A stretch of DNA of 64,000 nucleotides, taken from positions 275,066 through 339,065 of the forward strand of contig CAWCIL010000007.1 in NCBI GenBank assembly GCA_963795485.1. Reading direction: 5' to 3'. The notes beneath the pieces are model-generated. The model did no database searches. It saw nothing but the letters and a program-made list of their open reading frames with translations, and was not told where the DNA came from. The position numbers were made by a program, and so were the translations under genes. Of this stretch, positions 1 to 10,141 are shown piece after piece. Each line of letters starts with the position of its first letter. Position 1 is the stretch's first letter. The DNA is from an uncultured Alphaproteobacteria bacterium (lineage in GTDB: Bacteria; Pseudomonadota; Alphaproteobacteria; ATCC43930; CGMCC-115725).

Positions 1-1978
1 GGGCTCGATCAACGAGGGCGGCGAACTCGGCTACTCGCTGTCGCACGCCTACGGCGCGGCCCTCGACAACCCGGGGCTGATCGTCGCCTGCGTGATCGGC
101 GACGGCGAAGCCGAGACCGGGCCATTGGCGACCTCGTGGCACGGCAACAAGTTCCTCAACCCCGCCAAGGACGGCGCGGTGCTGCCGATCCTGCACCTCA
201 ACGGCTATAAGATCGCCAACCCGACGATCCTCGCCCGCATCCCGCGCCAGCAGCTCGAAAGCCTGCTCCGGGGCTATGGGTACGAGCCGCATTTCGTCGA
301 GGGCGACGACCCGGCGGCGATGCACCAGCTGATGGCGGCGACGCTCGATCGGGTGCTCGACGAGATCGCCTCGATCCAGCAGGCGGCGCGGGCCGGCGAC
401 GACATCGTCTGCCCGCTGTGGCCGATGATCGTGCTGCGCAGCCCCAAGGGCTGGACCGGCCCAAAGAGCGTCGATGGGCTGAAGGTCGAAGGCACCTGGC
501 GCGCCCACCAGGTCCCGTTCGGCGACATGGAAAAGCCCGAGCACGTCAAATTGCTCGAAGACTGGATGCGGAGCTACCGGCCGCAGGAATTGTTCGGCGA
601 TGACGGCAAGCTGCGGCCCGAAATCGCGGCTTTGGCGCCGGTGGGCGACCGGCGGATGAGCGCCAATCCGCATGCCAATGGCGGGCTGCTGCGGCGGGAA
701 TTGCTGATGCCGGATTTTGCCGATTATGCGGTTTCGGTCACCCGTCCGGGCCGGACCGACGGCGAGGCGACGCGCGCCATGGGCGTCTTCCTGCGCGACA
801 TTATGAAAATAAACCCCAACTTTCGCTTGTTCGGCCCGGACGAGACCGCTTCCAACCGCCTTTCCGCAGTGTTCGAGGTGACCGGCCGCGCGTGGATGGC
901 GGAAACTTCGCCCGATGACGACCTCGGCTCGCCCGACGGCGATCAGCTGTCGCGCGACGGCCATGTCATCGAGATGTTGAGCGAGCATACCTGCGAGGGC
1001 CTGCTCGAAGGCTATCTGCTGACCGGGCGCCACGGTCTGTTCAACTGCTACGAAGCCTTCATCCATATCGTCAACTCGATGTTCAACCAGCACGCCAAAT
1101 GGCTGAAGGCCGCGCGCGAGATCCCGTGGCGGCGGCCGATCTCGTCCTTGAACTATCTGTTGACCTCGCACGTTTGGCGTCAGGACCACAACGGCTTCAG
1201 CCACCAGGACCCGGGGTTTATCGACCACGTCGTCAACAAAAAGGCCGACATCATCCGGGTCTATTTGCCGCCCGACGCCAATTGCCTCTTGTGGGTCGCC
1301 GACCATTGCCTGCGCAGCTGGGACCGGATCAATGTGATCGTCGCCGGCAAGCAGCCCTCGCCGCAATGGCTCGACATCGATGCCGCGGTCAAGCATTGCG
1401 ACGCCGGGATCGGCATCTGGGAATGGGCCAGCAACGATCGCGGCGCCGAACCCGATGTGGTGATAGCCTGCGCCGGCGACGTGCCGACCCTCGAAGCCCT
1501 GGCGGCGGTCAACCTGTTGCGCCATCATGTCCCGGACCTGAAGATCCGCGTCGTCAACGTCGTCAACCTGATGACCTTGCAGCCGCATGACGAGCATCCG
1601 CACGGGCTGACCGACCATGATTTCGACGCGCTGTTCACCCCCGACAAGCCGGTCATCTTCGCCTATCACGGCTACCCGGCTTTGATCCACAGGCTGACTT
1701 ATCGTCGAACCAATCACCACAATATTCATGTTCGCGGCTACAAGGAGGAAGGAACGACGACCACCCCGTTCGACATGGTCGTCCGCAACGACCTCGACCG
1801 GTTTCATTTGGCCTCAGACGTGATCGACCGGGTGCCTAAGCTCGGCTACATGGCCGCCTACGCCAAGCAGGCGATGCGCGACAAGCTGATCGAGCACAAG
1901 CAGTACATTACCCGCCACGGCGACGACATGCCCGAGGTGAAAAACTGGCGCTGGCCCGCCGCCGCTTCCGGCGGCTGA
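1..1978 (+). CDS. xfp: Xylulose-5-P/fructose-6-P phosphoketolase, 5'-truncated by window edge
   Basis: Frame open from nt 2 ([54 protein letters not shown]...), the TPP-binding phosphoketolase signature. Long intact ORF to stop at 1978. Confidence 0.93.
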   Translation, partial: GSINEGGELGYSLSHAYGAALDNPGLIVACVIGDGEAETGPLATSWHGNKFLNPAKDGAVLPILHLNGYKIANPTILARIPRQQLESLLRGYGYEPHFVEGDDPAAMHQLMAATLDRVLDEIASIQQAARAGDDIVCPLWPMIVLRSPKGWTGPKSVDGLKVEGTWRAHQVPFGDMEKPEHVKLLEDWMRSYRPQELFGDDGKLRPEIAALAPVGDRRMSANPHANGGLLRRELLMPDFADYAVSVTRPGRTDGEATRAMGVFLRDIMKINPNFRLFGPDETASNRLSAVFEVTGRAWMAETSPDDDLGSPDGDQLSRDGHVIEMLSEHTCEGLLEGYLLTGRHGLFNCYEAFIHIVNSMFNQHAKWLKAAREIPWRRPISSLNYLLTSHVWRQDHNGFSHQDPGFIDHVVNKKADIIRVYLPPDANCLLWVADHCLRSWDRINVIVAGKQPSPQWLDIDAAVKHCDAGIGIWEWASNDRGAEPDVVIACAGDVPTLEALAAVNLLRHHVPDLKIRVVNVVNLMTLQPHDEHPHGLTDHDFDALFTPDKPVIFAYHGYPALIHRLTYRRTNHHNIHVRGYKEEGTTTTPFDMVVRNDLDRFHLASDVIDRVPKLGYMAAYAKQAMRDKLIEHKQYITRHGDDMPEVKNWRWPAAASGG

Positions 1979-2008
1979 TGCGTGAGAATTGCTGCGAAAG
2001 GTGCGAGA

Positions 2009-2410
2009 ATGCTGACGATCCCGCTCGAAAAACTGGCCTATATCGTCGAGAAGGCGCGTGAGTTCGACGCCGAGGTGCCGGTCGATCCGGACGCGGTGTC
2101 GGGCTCGGACCCCGCCGACGACGACGAGCGCCAGATCCTGCTCGACACCCCCGACAATCCGACCGAAGAAGAGCTGCGCGACGCGATCGACGGCTTGAAT
2201 ATCGACGAGCGCGAGGAATTGCTGGCGCTCGTATGGGTCGGGCGCGGCGATTTCGACGCCCAGGGCTGGCCGGAAGCGGTGCGGCAGGCGCGCGACAGCG
2301 GCAATGCGAGCGAGACCGGTTATCTGCTGGGGACGCCTTTGCTGGCCGATTACCTTGAAGCCGGCGTCAACGCCCTCGGCCTGTCGCTCGAGGATTTCGA
2401 GCGCGGATAG
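2009..2410 (+). CDS. DUF3775-family protein
   Basis: MLTIPLEKLAYIVEKAREFDAEV...EELLALVWVGRGDF matches my recollection of DUF3775. ATG at 2009 preferred over the 1982 track start. Confidence 0.7.
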   Translation: MLTIPLEKLAYIVEKAREFDAEVPVDPDAVSGSDPADDDERQILLDTPDNPTEEELRDAIDGLNIDEREELLALVWVGRGDFDAQGWPEAVRQARDSGNASETGYLLGTPLLADYLEAGVNALGLSLEDFERG

Positions 2411-2569
2411 CCTCGGTGCCCTACGCCACCGCTGCAGACCTGCCGCCGGCAGGACGCCATCTGCCGCCGCGCGCATAGGAAATCTTTGTGGCGGCGTTTA
2501 GCCTGACGCGATTGACGTCGCCGTTCACGGCTCGAACCAAGAAGAATTCTTGAGGGCCGATCGAATCCT

Positions 2570-2672
2570 TGACCGTCATTTCCGCGAAAGCGGGAACCCA
2601 GAGCCTGCCCTGGCTCGAACAGGGGACAGACCGTGCGGTCTCCCCTAAGCCCCTGCTTTCGCGGGGCGACGG
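2570..2672. repeat. REP/MITE-like intergenic element made of three short hairpins
   Basis: TTCCGC-gaaa-GCGGGAA, GGGGACAGACC-gtgc-GGTCTCCCC and CCCCTGC-tttc-GCGGGG. Both strands give the spurious peptides (WVPAFAEMTV / ISAKAGTQ) typical of alphaproteobacterial repeat elements. Confidence 0.45.
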
Positions 2673-2877
2673 CGGATACAGCAATCGCCTAATCTCGCAT
2701 CAATCTCTCACGGCTACGATCTCGTCCTCCCGGCCTCTTGCGACCGCGCCCGGCCATTCCGGAAGCGCGGCAAGAAGACTGCCGCATTTGTCTGGCGCCC
2801 ATCACGCGGCGATCGTACGATGACCGCCTCAGACGTCTCGTCCGATATCCCTAGCGGAGGAGCAAGAGGAGCCCGCC

Positions 2878-4038
2878 ATGCCCGCCACCCAAGAAAAGCT
2901 GATCTCCGGCGACAACCACATCGACCTGACCTATTGCCCGCCCGATCTTTGGTCGTCGGCAGCGCCGCAGAAGTGGAAGCAGACGGCGCCGCGCGTCGAG
3001 GAGCGGGAGGACGGCCTCCATTGGTTCGTCGACGGCCAGGACCGGGGCATGTGGAACGGCGTCGGGCCGGGTTTTCTCAAATACCAACGCGGGATGTTCA
3101 ATCATATCGACGAGATGAAAGATCTCGGCTTCGAGTGGGGCAACACGCGGGGCGTCGCGCCGCGGCCGACCACCCCCGAATTGCGGCTGGCGGATCTCGA
3201 CCGCGACGGTCTCGCCGCTGAAATCGTCTATGGCTGTTTGATGGTCAACGACCTGATCGAGGACGCGCCGCTTCGCGCCTGGACCGACAGGACCTATAAT
3301 GATTGGGTCGCCGATTTTGCCAAGCGGGCCGATCCGAGCCGGGTCTTTCCGCTCGCCATCATCCCCAACACCGACCCGCTCGAGGCCGCGGCCGAAGTGC
3401 GGCGCTGCGCCAAGCTCGGGCTGCGGGGCGGCGACCTCGCCTTCAAGCGGATGACCCCGCCGCTCTACACCGACATGTGGTTCCCCTTATGGGAGGCCGC
3501 GGCCGAGTGCCGCTTTCCGATCTCGTTCCACTCGACCGGGTTCAAGGCATTGCGCGCGCCTGACACGCCCGAGCAGGAGCAGAAGTATCTGGCCCAATGG
3601 CGACTGGTTCGCTCGGCATTGTTCCAGCTCGACACGATGGAGGTGCTGGTCTCGCTGCTCGCCTCCGGCGCCTGCGATAAATACCCCGATTTCAACTTCG
3701 TCCTGGGCGAGTCGGGCGTGACCTGGCTGCCGTATGTGTTCGACCGCCTCGACACCGAATACGCCGATCGGGCGAGGAGCCTCAATTTCAAGCTCAAGCC
3801 CAGCGATTATTTCCGCCGCCAGGGCTATGTCACCTATCAGCAGGACCAGTTCCTGGAGCCGATCATCCCACTGATCGGTGAGGACAACATCATCTGGGGT
3901 GCCGACTACCCGCATCCCGACTGCATCTGGCCCGGCTCGCACGCGACCCTCGATAAGAACCTCGCCGCGATCTCGCCCGCCGTGCGCCGCAAGATCACTA
4001 GCGAGAACGTGACCCGCCTCTATCAGCTGCACCAGTAG
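2878..4038 (+). CDS. Amidohydrolase-2 (ACMSD/metal-dependent hydrolase-like) family protein
   Basis: 386-aa intact ORF ending ...IIWGADYPHPDCIWPGS..., typical of the PF04909-type amidohydrolase fold. AGGAG-like RBS upstream. Confidence 0.8.
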   Translation: MPATQEKLISGDNHIDLTYCPPDLWSSAAPQKWKQTAPRVEEREDGLHWFVDGQDRGMWNGVGPGFLKYQRGMFNHIDEMKDLGFEWGNTRGVAPRPTTPELRLADLDRDGLAAEIVYGCLMVNDLIEDAPLRAWTDRTYNDWVADFAKRADPSRVFPLAIIPNTDPLEAAAEVRRCAKLGLRGGDLAFKRMTPPLYTDMWFPLWEAAAECRFPISFHSTGFKALRAPDTPEQEQKYLAQWRLVRSALFQLDTMEVLVSLLASGACDKYPDFNFVLGESGVTWLPYVFDRLDTEYADRARSLNFKLKPSDYFRRQGYVTYQQDQFLEPIIPLIGEDNIIWGADYPHPDCIWPGSHATLDKNLAAISPAVRRKITSENVTRLYQLHQ

Positions 4039-4069
4039 GAACGCACGGTCGGCGGCGCCGCGACCGACT

Positions 4070-4540
4070 TCATCTGCACCAGCGGCCCGCGCGACCGAGC
4101 CTTCGCCGGCCGCGCGCGACGATTGCGACGCTGCGGCATTCGAGGAGCTGGCGCTGCGCCTTGCTGGTGGTGTCGCCCCGGTGCTCGCCGAAAATGGCGG
4201 CGCGGCATCGGCGGCGAGCCCGCGCGACGAGCGGCGCATCACCCGCGCGCGGCGTTGCATCGCGGCCGCACCCGACGAGAAGCTGACGCTCGCCGAGCTG
4301 GCGGGCGAAGCGGCGATGAGGCCTTACCATTTCCTGCGCACGTTCCGCGGGCCGTCGGGCTGACGCCGCGTCAATTCCTGTTGCGCACCCGGTTGCGGGT
4401 CGCGCGATCCGGTCTCGGCCATCGCCTTCGATGCCGGCTTCAACGACCTCTCCACCTTCAACCGGCGCTTTCGTCGGCTGATGGGCGCGAGCCCGAGGCT
4501 ATCGCGCGCAGGGAACGGCCGGGGGGCCAGCCTTAAGCCG
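4070..4540 (+). pseudogene. AraC-family transcriptional regulator relic (frameshifts, internal deletion)
   Basis: HTH region is split over three frames: ...KLTLAELAGEAAMRPYHFLRTFR / LTPRQFLLRTRL / IAFDAGFNDLSTFNRRFRRLMGASP. The N-terminal sensor part is largely missing. Confidence 0.7.
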
Positions 4541-5474
4541 GTCGGCCTAGCAATGCCATCAGCTCGCGCCACTCGCGGGCGGAGAGCCCGCTCTCGTCTC
4601 GGGTGACGGTTTCGCCGGCGACCAGGCGACGGATCACGGCCAGCCCCGTTGCCGAGATCGTGGCCGCGTTCATCTGGAATTCGAGAAAGGCCGCGTAGGT
4701 CATCGGGACCCAGCGCTTAAGGGTGCCGAGCATGATTTCAGCGTAGGCGCGGATCTCGTGCTGCGCATGCGGGTCGGCGCGCAATGACAGGAAGTTCAAC
4801 AGGTTGTGCAGGTCGGTCTTCCAGTACCATTGCGTATAAAAGCCGAGCGTCAGGTTGATGCGGGCGAGCTCGCGCGCGAGGCCCGGCCGATCGGGGTCGA
4901 GCGCCACACCTGCGGCATCCTGGTTCAACAGCTCGGCATAGCCGGCATAGGCGCGCTCGGCATCCTCGCGCAGCAGGTCGAGGACTCGACCCGCTGCCGC
5001 GTCATCCAGCACGACGCCGCGGCCTTGCGCATTTGTCGTCGTTTGCGCGGCCAGATGCTGGGGCTGGGGGAGGTAGAATTCGTTGTCGAGGATCGAGTAG
5101 CGCGCCGAGTATTCGTTGACGTTGGCGGTGCGATGCCGAATCCACTGCCGGGCGACAAAGATCGGCAGCTTCACATGGTACTTGACCTCGCACATCTCGA
5201 ACGGAGTCGTATGACGGTGCCGCATCAGATAGTTGATCAGCCCCTGGTCTTCGTTGACCCGCCGAGTGCCTCGGCCGTAAGAGACCCGCGCCGCCTGCAC
5301 CACGGCGGCGTCGTCGCCCATATAGTCGACGACCCGGACAAAGCCGTGGTCGAGCACCGGCACCGGCTCATAGAGGATCTCCTCGAGCGCTGCTACGGTC
5401 GCGCGCCGCGTCGGCCGCCGCTCCTCGCCGCGCTGCGCCGCGATTTCGCCCCGTTGGTCTTGCGTGAGCGGCAT
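4533..5474 (-). CDS. thyX: FAD-dependent thymidylate synthase
   Basis: 313-aa ORF with the ThyX motif [15 protein letters not shown]. Confidence 0.93.
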   Translation of the reverse strand: MPLTQDQRGEIAAQRGEERRPTRRATVAALEEILYEPVPVLDHGFVRVVDYMGDDAAVVQAARVSYGRGTRRVNEDQGLINYLMRHRHTTPFEMCEVKYHVKLPIFVARQWIRHRTANVNEYSARYSILDNEFYLPQPQHLAAQTTTNAQGRGVVLDDAAAGRVLDLLREDAERAYAGYAELLNQDAAGVALDPDRPGLARELARINLTLGFYTQWYWKTDLHNLLNFLSLRADPHAQHEIRAYAEIMLGTLKRWVPMTYAAFLEFQMNAATISATGLAVIRRLVAGETVTRDESGLSAREWRELMALLGRPA

Positions 5475-5538
5475 CCTGCCCTCCCTGCCCGAGAGCGAGA
5501 TTAGGCGGCTGCGCGCATTGCAAGCAACCGATCCTAGG

Positions 5539-6141
5539 TCAACGGTCCGCCGTTCCGGCTGCGCTGGAAATGCCGGCGGCGATCCGGCCGGCGAGATCGG
5601 CGACGGCGCGGCTCATCGCCGCTGCGACCGCGGCGGCATCAGGACCCTGTCCCGGCTCGACGATCGTCGCGCTGGCGGGCACGCCGACAACCGCGCCGTT
5701 CCGGCCGAGCTTCTCCCAGCCGGCCTCGAGCGTCACCTTGCCGGACTTGTCGGCATCGAAGCGGCTGATGTCAACCGCGATCGTCAGCTTTGCCGGCGAC
5801 GCCGAATCATTGTTGACCAGAACATATCCGGGGCCGAGCCGCGCCCGCAGATCGCTCGCCAGCACCCGGCGCACCATGTCGTCGAGCGGGCTGGCCCAGC
5901 GCTCGTTTTCGCTGTATTCGAGTTGGTTGGGCCCAAGCCGGCGGGCGATCTGCGGGCGATCGAGCGCGCCTGGCAATTTGATTTCGCCGATCGCGACCGT
6001 GGTCCCGGTCAGGCCCTCCGATACCGGCCCGGTCGCCTCCGGCCGGGCGCTCAACACGTAGTAATGGCTCGGCGCCGAGCTGCACGCCGCGAGGACGCCG
6101 GCAAGCAGGGTCAGCAACGTCGGCAACACAAGCGCCCTCAT
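5539..6141 (-). CDS. pqiC: PqiC-like lipoprotein (ABC-type transport auxiliary component, DUF330)
   Basis: Lipobox LLAGVLAAC, about 200 aa, stop/start overlap with upstream pqiB. Confidence 0.8.
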   Translation of the reverse strand: MRALVLPTLLTLLAGVLAACSSAPSHYYVLSARPEATGPVSEGLTGTTVAIGEIKLPGALDRPQIARRLGPNQLEYSENERWASPLDDMVRRVLASDLRARLGPGYVLVNNDSASPAKLTIAVDISRFDADKSGKVTLEAGWEKLGRNGAVVGVPASATIVEPGQGPDAAAVAAAMSRAVADLAGRIAAGISSAAGTADR

Positions 6142-7829
6142 CGCGAGGCCTCGCCGGGCTTGCCGCTGATCAGCGATTCGGGGTGGCGTTCCAGATAATC
6201 GGCGAGCACCCGGATCGAGCGGGCGGCGTCCTTCAGCTCGGCCATGGTCCGCGCGAGATCGTTGCTGGCGGCCGGGTCGCTGCCGAGGATCGTCAATGTC
6301 GCTCTCAGCTGCTGGGCGGCGCCGTTCAAGCGCTGGAGCAGCGGACCAACCTGGATGTCGGCAGTTTTGGTCAGGCGTGCGGTGTTGGCCAGGGTCAGGT
6401 CGAGATTGTGCAGCGAGCGCTTGACCTCCGGTCGGTCAACCAGCTGGTCGGCGTGGCCGACCATGGCGCGGACCTGCTCCACCAGCTGGGCGAGCGGCAA
6501 GGCTGCGAGCTTGCTCAGCAGCCGGTTGGCCGAACGGGTGACCTGCCCGATGCCGCCGGCTTCGACGGTCGGCAGCTCAGGGTAGGGCTCGACCCACGCC
6601 ACCTGCGCCGACGGCGCATCGGGCACGATATCCAGTTCGATCGCGCGCTGTCCGGTCAGCAGATTGGCGCTGATCAGCTGGGCGCGCAGCCCTTGCGCGA
6701 CGAGCTGCGCCATCATCCGGTTGGTGGCGGCGACCGGGTCTTTCGAAATCGCGTCGAGATGCCGGCCGCCGACCCTAATCCGGTGCGGCGCCACCTCGAT
6801 CGTCACCGGCTCGCGAATTCGGTGCGCCGCCGGATCGTATTCGAGCTCGACCCTGGTGACCTCGCCGACCGGCAGGCCGCGCAGATCGACCGGAGTGCCG
6901 ACCTCGACACCCTCGATCGACCCCGGAAAGTACAGCCGATAGGAGACGCGCACCGGTTCGGCGGCCTCGTCGGCGGCCTTCTGGTCGATATAGAGGCGGA
7001 ACGACGAGCCGGGCGGGCTCGGCGGCCGGGCGAGCGCCTCGTCCGGGGTATCGAAGACGATGCCGCCGGCGACGATCGCCAGCAGCGGCGCGGTGGCGAG
7101 CTTCACTCCCTCGGCCCCGATCGAAACATTGAGCCCGGATGCCACCCAGAACCGGCTGTCCGGGTGGATCAGCGCCTGGTGCGGCGCATAGATGAAGATA
7201 TGCACCGCGACGGTCCCGTCGCGGTCGGACAGCTTGTGGTCAGTGACCTCGCCGACCTGGACGCCGTGGTAATAGACCGGCGCCTGATCGCTGATCTCGG
7301 CAAGCCGTTTGGCGATCAGGGTGTAGACCCGGCCCTCGACCAGGCCTTCCTTAGGCGGCGGAGTCTCGAGCCCGGTGAAGGAGTGGGCGCCATGCGCCCC
7401 CTTCCCCGGCAGCATGCCGATATAGGGGCCGGAGAGAACCGTCGTCAGACCCGAGACCCCGCTCAATCCGATGCGCGGCCGGACGATCCAGAACTTGCTG
7501 TCGGTGCGCAGCAATGGTTCGGCCGAGCGGGTCATCGCCGCGGTGATCAGCGCCTGCGAGCGATCGGGGGTGAGCCCGACCTTGGTGACGTGGCCGAGCT
7601 CGACATCCTTGTAGCGGATCGGAGTGCGGCCCGCCTCGATCCCCTCGGCGGTCTCGAAGCGGATCGTGATCTCCGGCCCGCGCTCGATCAGCGCGCGGTA
7701 GCCGAGCCAGCCGGCGATGACCAGCGCCACCACGGGCACCGCCCACACCCAGGGCAGGCCGGCCCAATGGCTCGGCTCGGGCGGCGGTGGCGCCTCGGGG
7801 ACCGGGCCCGACGGATCCGAACCGGTCAA
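6138..7829 (-). CDS. pqiB: PqiB, multi-MCE-domain intermembrane transport protein
   Basis: 563 aa with an N-terminal TM segment and repeated MCE/MlaD-like segments. Overlaps pqiA stop and pqiC start. Confidence 0.85.
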   Translation of the reverse strand: MTGSDPSGPVPEAPPPPEPSHWAGLPWVWAVPVVALVIAGWLGYRALIERGPEITIRFETAEGIEAGRTPIRYKDVELGHVTKVGLTPDRSQALITAAMTRSAEPLLRTDSKFWIVRPRIGLSGVSGLTTVLSGPYIGMLPGKGAHGAHSFTGLETPPPKEGLVEGRVYTLIAKRLAEISDQAPVYYHGVQVGEVTDHKLSDRDGTVAVHIFIYAPHQALIHPDSRFWVASGLNVSIGAEGVKLATAPLLAIVAGGIVFDTPDEALARPPSPPGSSFRLYIDQKAADEAAEPVRVSYRLYFPGSIEGVEVGTPVDLRGLPVGEVTRVELEYDPAAHRIREPVTIEVAPHRIRVGGRHLDAISKDPVAATNRMMAQLVAQGLRAQLISANLLTGQRAIELDIVPDAPSAQVAWVEPYPELPTVEAGGIGQVTRSANRLLSKLAALPLAQLVEQVRAMVGHADQLVDRPEVKRSLHNLDLTLANTARLTKTADIQVGPLLQRLNGAAQQLRATLTILGSDPAASNDLARTMAELKDAARSIRVLADYLERHPESLISGKPGEASR

Positions 7830-9112
7830 CTCCGCCCCCCGGCCGCTCGCCTCTTAGCCGCTTGTCTCTGGGTCGCCGCCGCGTCCCACATCAGACGCGG
7901 GTCGAAGACGCGGGTGGCGATCATGGTCGCGACGACGACGCCGGCAAAAGCGGCGATGCCCGAGCCCGGCTCGATCCTCGTCAGCGTGCCGAACTGCACC
8001 AGCGCAGTCACGATCGACACTACGAACACGTCAATATTCGACCAGCGGCCGATAAAGTCGATGAAGCGATAAAAGGCAGTGCGTTGCCGCAACAGCCGGG
8101 CCGAACCCAGCCGAACCGCGATCAGGCACCAGCTCAGCACGCCGAGCTTCAGCACCGGGACGACAATCGAGGCGGCCAGCACGAGCAGCGCCAGCGGCCA
8201 CAATCCGGCGGACGCCAGATCGCGCACGCCGCCGAGGATCGTGTACGGGTCGGTGCGGCCGAAACGGGTGATCGTCAGCACCGGCAAGAGGTTCGCCGGC
8301 AGATAGAGGATGTAGCCGGCGGCGGTGAAGGCGGCGGCGGCGGCGAGGCTTCCCGGTTGGCGCGCAACGAGGCGCGCGCCGCACCGCGGGCAGCGACGGC
8401 TCTCTTCCCCGCCGGCGCGAACCGCCACGACCAGCTCGCATTCGAGGCAGAGGACCCAAGGCTCGCCGCGGGCCGGGGTGTATTTTGCCGGGTCGCCGAT
8501 CGCGTTCCACACCCGCTGGCGGCCGAGCGACTGCTCGATCACCACCTCTACCAGGACCAGGGCTGCCAAGGCGTAGCCGCCGATGGCGACCGCGACACCG
8601 GCCAATTGTCCGAGCCGGGTATAGGCAACCACCGCAGCGAGCAGGAAGACGTCGAGCATGCTCCACGGGCGCAGGCGCAGCACGGCACGCCACAGCCCGG
8701 CGATCCACAGCCGCTCATGCCGAACGCTGCGTTCGGCGGCGTGGAGCCAGCCGAGCGTCGCCGCCATCAGGACCAGGCTCAGCGCCGGGACCACCAGCGA
8801 AATCATCGCCACTAGCACGCCCACCGCCGAGATGCTGCCGCCGTAGCGGGTGAGCGCCACCGCCCCCGTCGCGATCAGGCCACTGCGTTGGTCGCCGGCC
8901 AGGTTGACCTCGAACAGCGGGAAGGCGTTGGCGAGCGCGAACAGGACCGCCGCGGTCAGGACGAAGGCCAGCGGTGCGGCGAGGCCGATTGCCGGCAACC
9001 GCCACATCCGGGCGCCGCAGCGCCGGCACAAGAGCCAGCCGCGGCGCAGCAGACCGGCATCGGCGCGGTGGATCTGCCCGCAATCTCGGCAGGCGAGGAA
9101 GGTGTCTGTCAT
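7826..9112 (-). CDS. pqiA: PqiA, paraquat-inducible protein A (two PqiA repeats)
   Basis: 428 aa with two CxxC...CxxC zinc-ribbon-like motifs, each followed by TM bundles. Confidence 0.85.
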   Translation of the reverse strand: MTDTFLACRDCGQIHRADAGLLRRGWLLCRRCGARMWRLPAIGLAAPLAFVLTAAVLFALANAFPLFEVNLAGDQRSGLIATGAVALTRYGGSISAVGVLVAMISLVVPALSLVLMAATLGWLHAAERSVRHERLWIAGLWRAVLRLRPWSMLDVFLLAAVVAYTRLGQLAGVAVAIGGYALAALVLVEVVIEQSLGRQRVWNAIGDPAKYTPARGEPWVLCLECELVVAVRAGGEESRRCPRCGARLVARQPGSLAAAAAFTAAGYILYLPANLLPVLTITRFGRTDPYTILGGVRDLASAGLWPLALLVLAASIVVPVLKLGVLSWCLIAVRLGSARLLRQRTAFYRFIDFIGRWSNIDVFVVSIVTALVQFGTLTRIEPGSGIAAFAGVVVATMIATRVFDPRLMWDAAATQRQAAKRRAAGGRS

Positions 9113-9143
9113 TGCGGAAAAGGTGCTTGTGGCGAGGGTCCGG

Positions 9144-9173
9144 GTTGGGCGTTGAGGTGTTGGGCGTTGAGGT
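9144..9173. repeat. Perfect tandem direct repeat, 2 x 15 bp (GTTGGGCGTTGAGGT)
   Basis: Read directly: 9144-9158 equals 9159-9173. Lies in the pqiA/ssrA intergenic region. Confidence 0.9.
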
Positions 9174-9235
9174 ACGGCCGTGCTGGCGCTAACACCCGGC
9201 GGCCGGGATTGCGTTCCCTTGCCCGCCGTCCTATA

Positions 9236-9323
9236 TCTGCGCCGTCGGTCTACCGACTATGGCGATACACGGCTTGCGGAATAAGCGTTGCGGACCCGGG
9301 GGCAGTACCCGGCGCCTCCACCA
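9236..9323 (+). ncRNA. ssrA: Two-piece (permuted) tmRNA, acceptor piece ending in encoded CCA
   Basis: T-arm CCGGG-ggcagta-CCCGG, then GGCGCCTCCACCA (9311-9323). The 3' strand CGCCUCC pairs with the 5' end of the coding piece. Confidence 0.8.
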
Positions 9324-9359
9324 CCCTCACCCCCCGCCACTTCAGCGGGGTCATGCTAC

Positions 9360-9560
9360 GGGGGCGAAACAGGCTCGACGCGCGTAGTAAAGGTAAGATC
9401 CGTCGCCCGGCATGATACCACCGTTATCGGGTCATAACCTAGCTGCGAACGATAACTTCGCAACAGAGGCGCTCGCGGCCTAACCCCTAGCGGGGTAAAA
9501 GCCTAGAGCAAATCGCGGTTCGAGGGGCACCGGGCAACAGAAGCCCCTCACTCGCGCCCG
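9360..9560 (+). ncRNA. ssrA: Two-piece tmRNA, coding piece (tag ANDNFATEALAA)
   Basis: 5' GGGGGCG (9360-9366) forms a 7-bp acceptor stem with CGCCUCC, including G3:U70. Tag reading frame gct gcg aac gat aac ttc gca aca gag gcg ctc gcg gcc taa at 9442-9483. The 3' end is approximate. Confidence 0.8.
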
Positions 9561-9607
9561 CCGTTACCGCCGCCTGCCGACCGACCCCAAGAAGCGAGCC
9601 GCTACAG

Positions 9608-10078
9608 ATGGCCCAGGATCTCTTCCAGTACGATAAGATGGTCGAGACGGCGTTGCGCGGTGTCGCGCGTCAGGCGCTGGCGATCGCCGCCCGCGACGGT
9701 CTGCGCGGCGAGCATCACTTTTACATCGGCTTTCGCACCGATGCTCCCGGGGTTGTGGTGCCGGCGCAGCTGCTGGCCAAATTTCCGGAAGAGATGACGA
9801 TCGTGCTGCAGCACCAGTTCTGGGGGCTCGAGGTCGGGGACGCCGCGTTTTCCGTGACCCTCAGCTTCAGCAGCCGATCGGAACGTCTGACCGTCCCGTT
9901 TGCCGCGGTCACCACCTTCGCCGATCCGTCGGTCAAATTCGGGCTGCAATTCGAAATGCCCGCGGCCCCGCCGGCCGAGGCTGCGGCGGCTCCGGCCGCT
10001 CTCCCCGCCCCCGAGCCGGCGACCCCAGAGCGGCAGGAAGCCGAAATCGTCACCCTCGACCAATTCCGCAAACGCTAG
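9608..10078 (+). CDS. sspB: SspB-alpha-type ClpXP adaptor
   Basis: EHHFYIGFRTDAPGVVVPAQLLAKFPEEMTIVLQHQFWGLEV...FADPSVKFGLQFE followed by a Pro/Ala linker, as in alphaproteobacterial SspB. Confidence 0.8.
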   Translation: MAQDLFQYDKMVETALRGVARQALAIAARDGLRGEHHFYIGFRTDAPGVVVPAQLLAKFPEEMTIVLQHQFWGLEVGDAAFSVTLSFSSRSERLTVPFAAVTTFADPSVKFGLQFEMPAAPPAEAAAAPAALPAPEPATPERQEAEIVTLDQFRKR

Positions 10079-10141
10079 GCCTTGCTTGACGGCGGCGCGG
10101 AAACGGCGATCTTGCCGGCAGACCGCATGGCGGAGCGAGGC

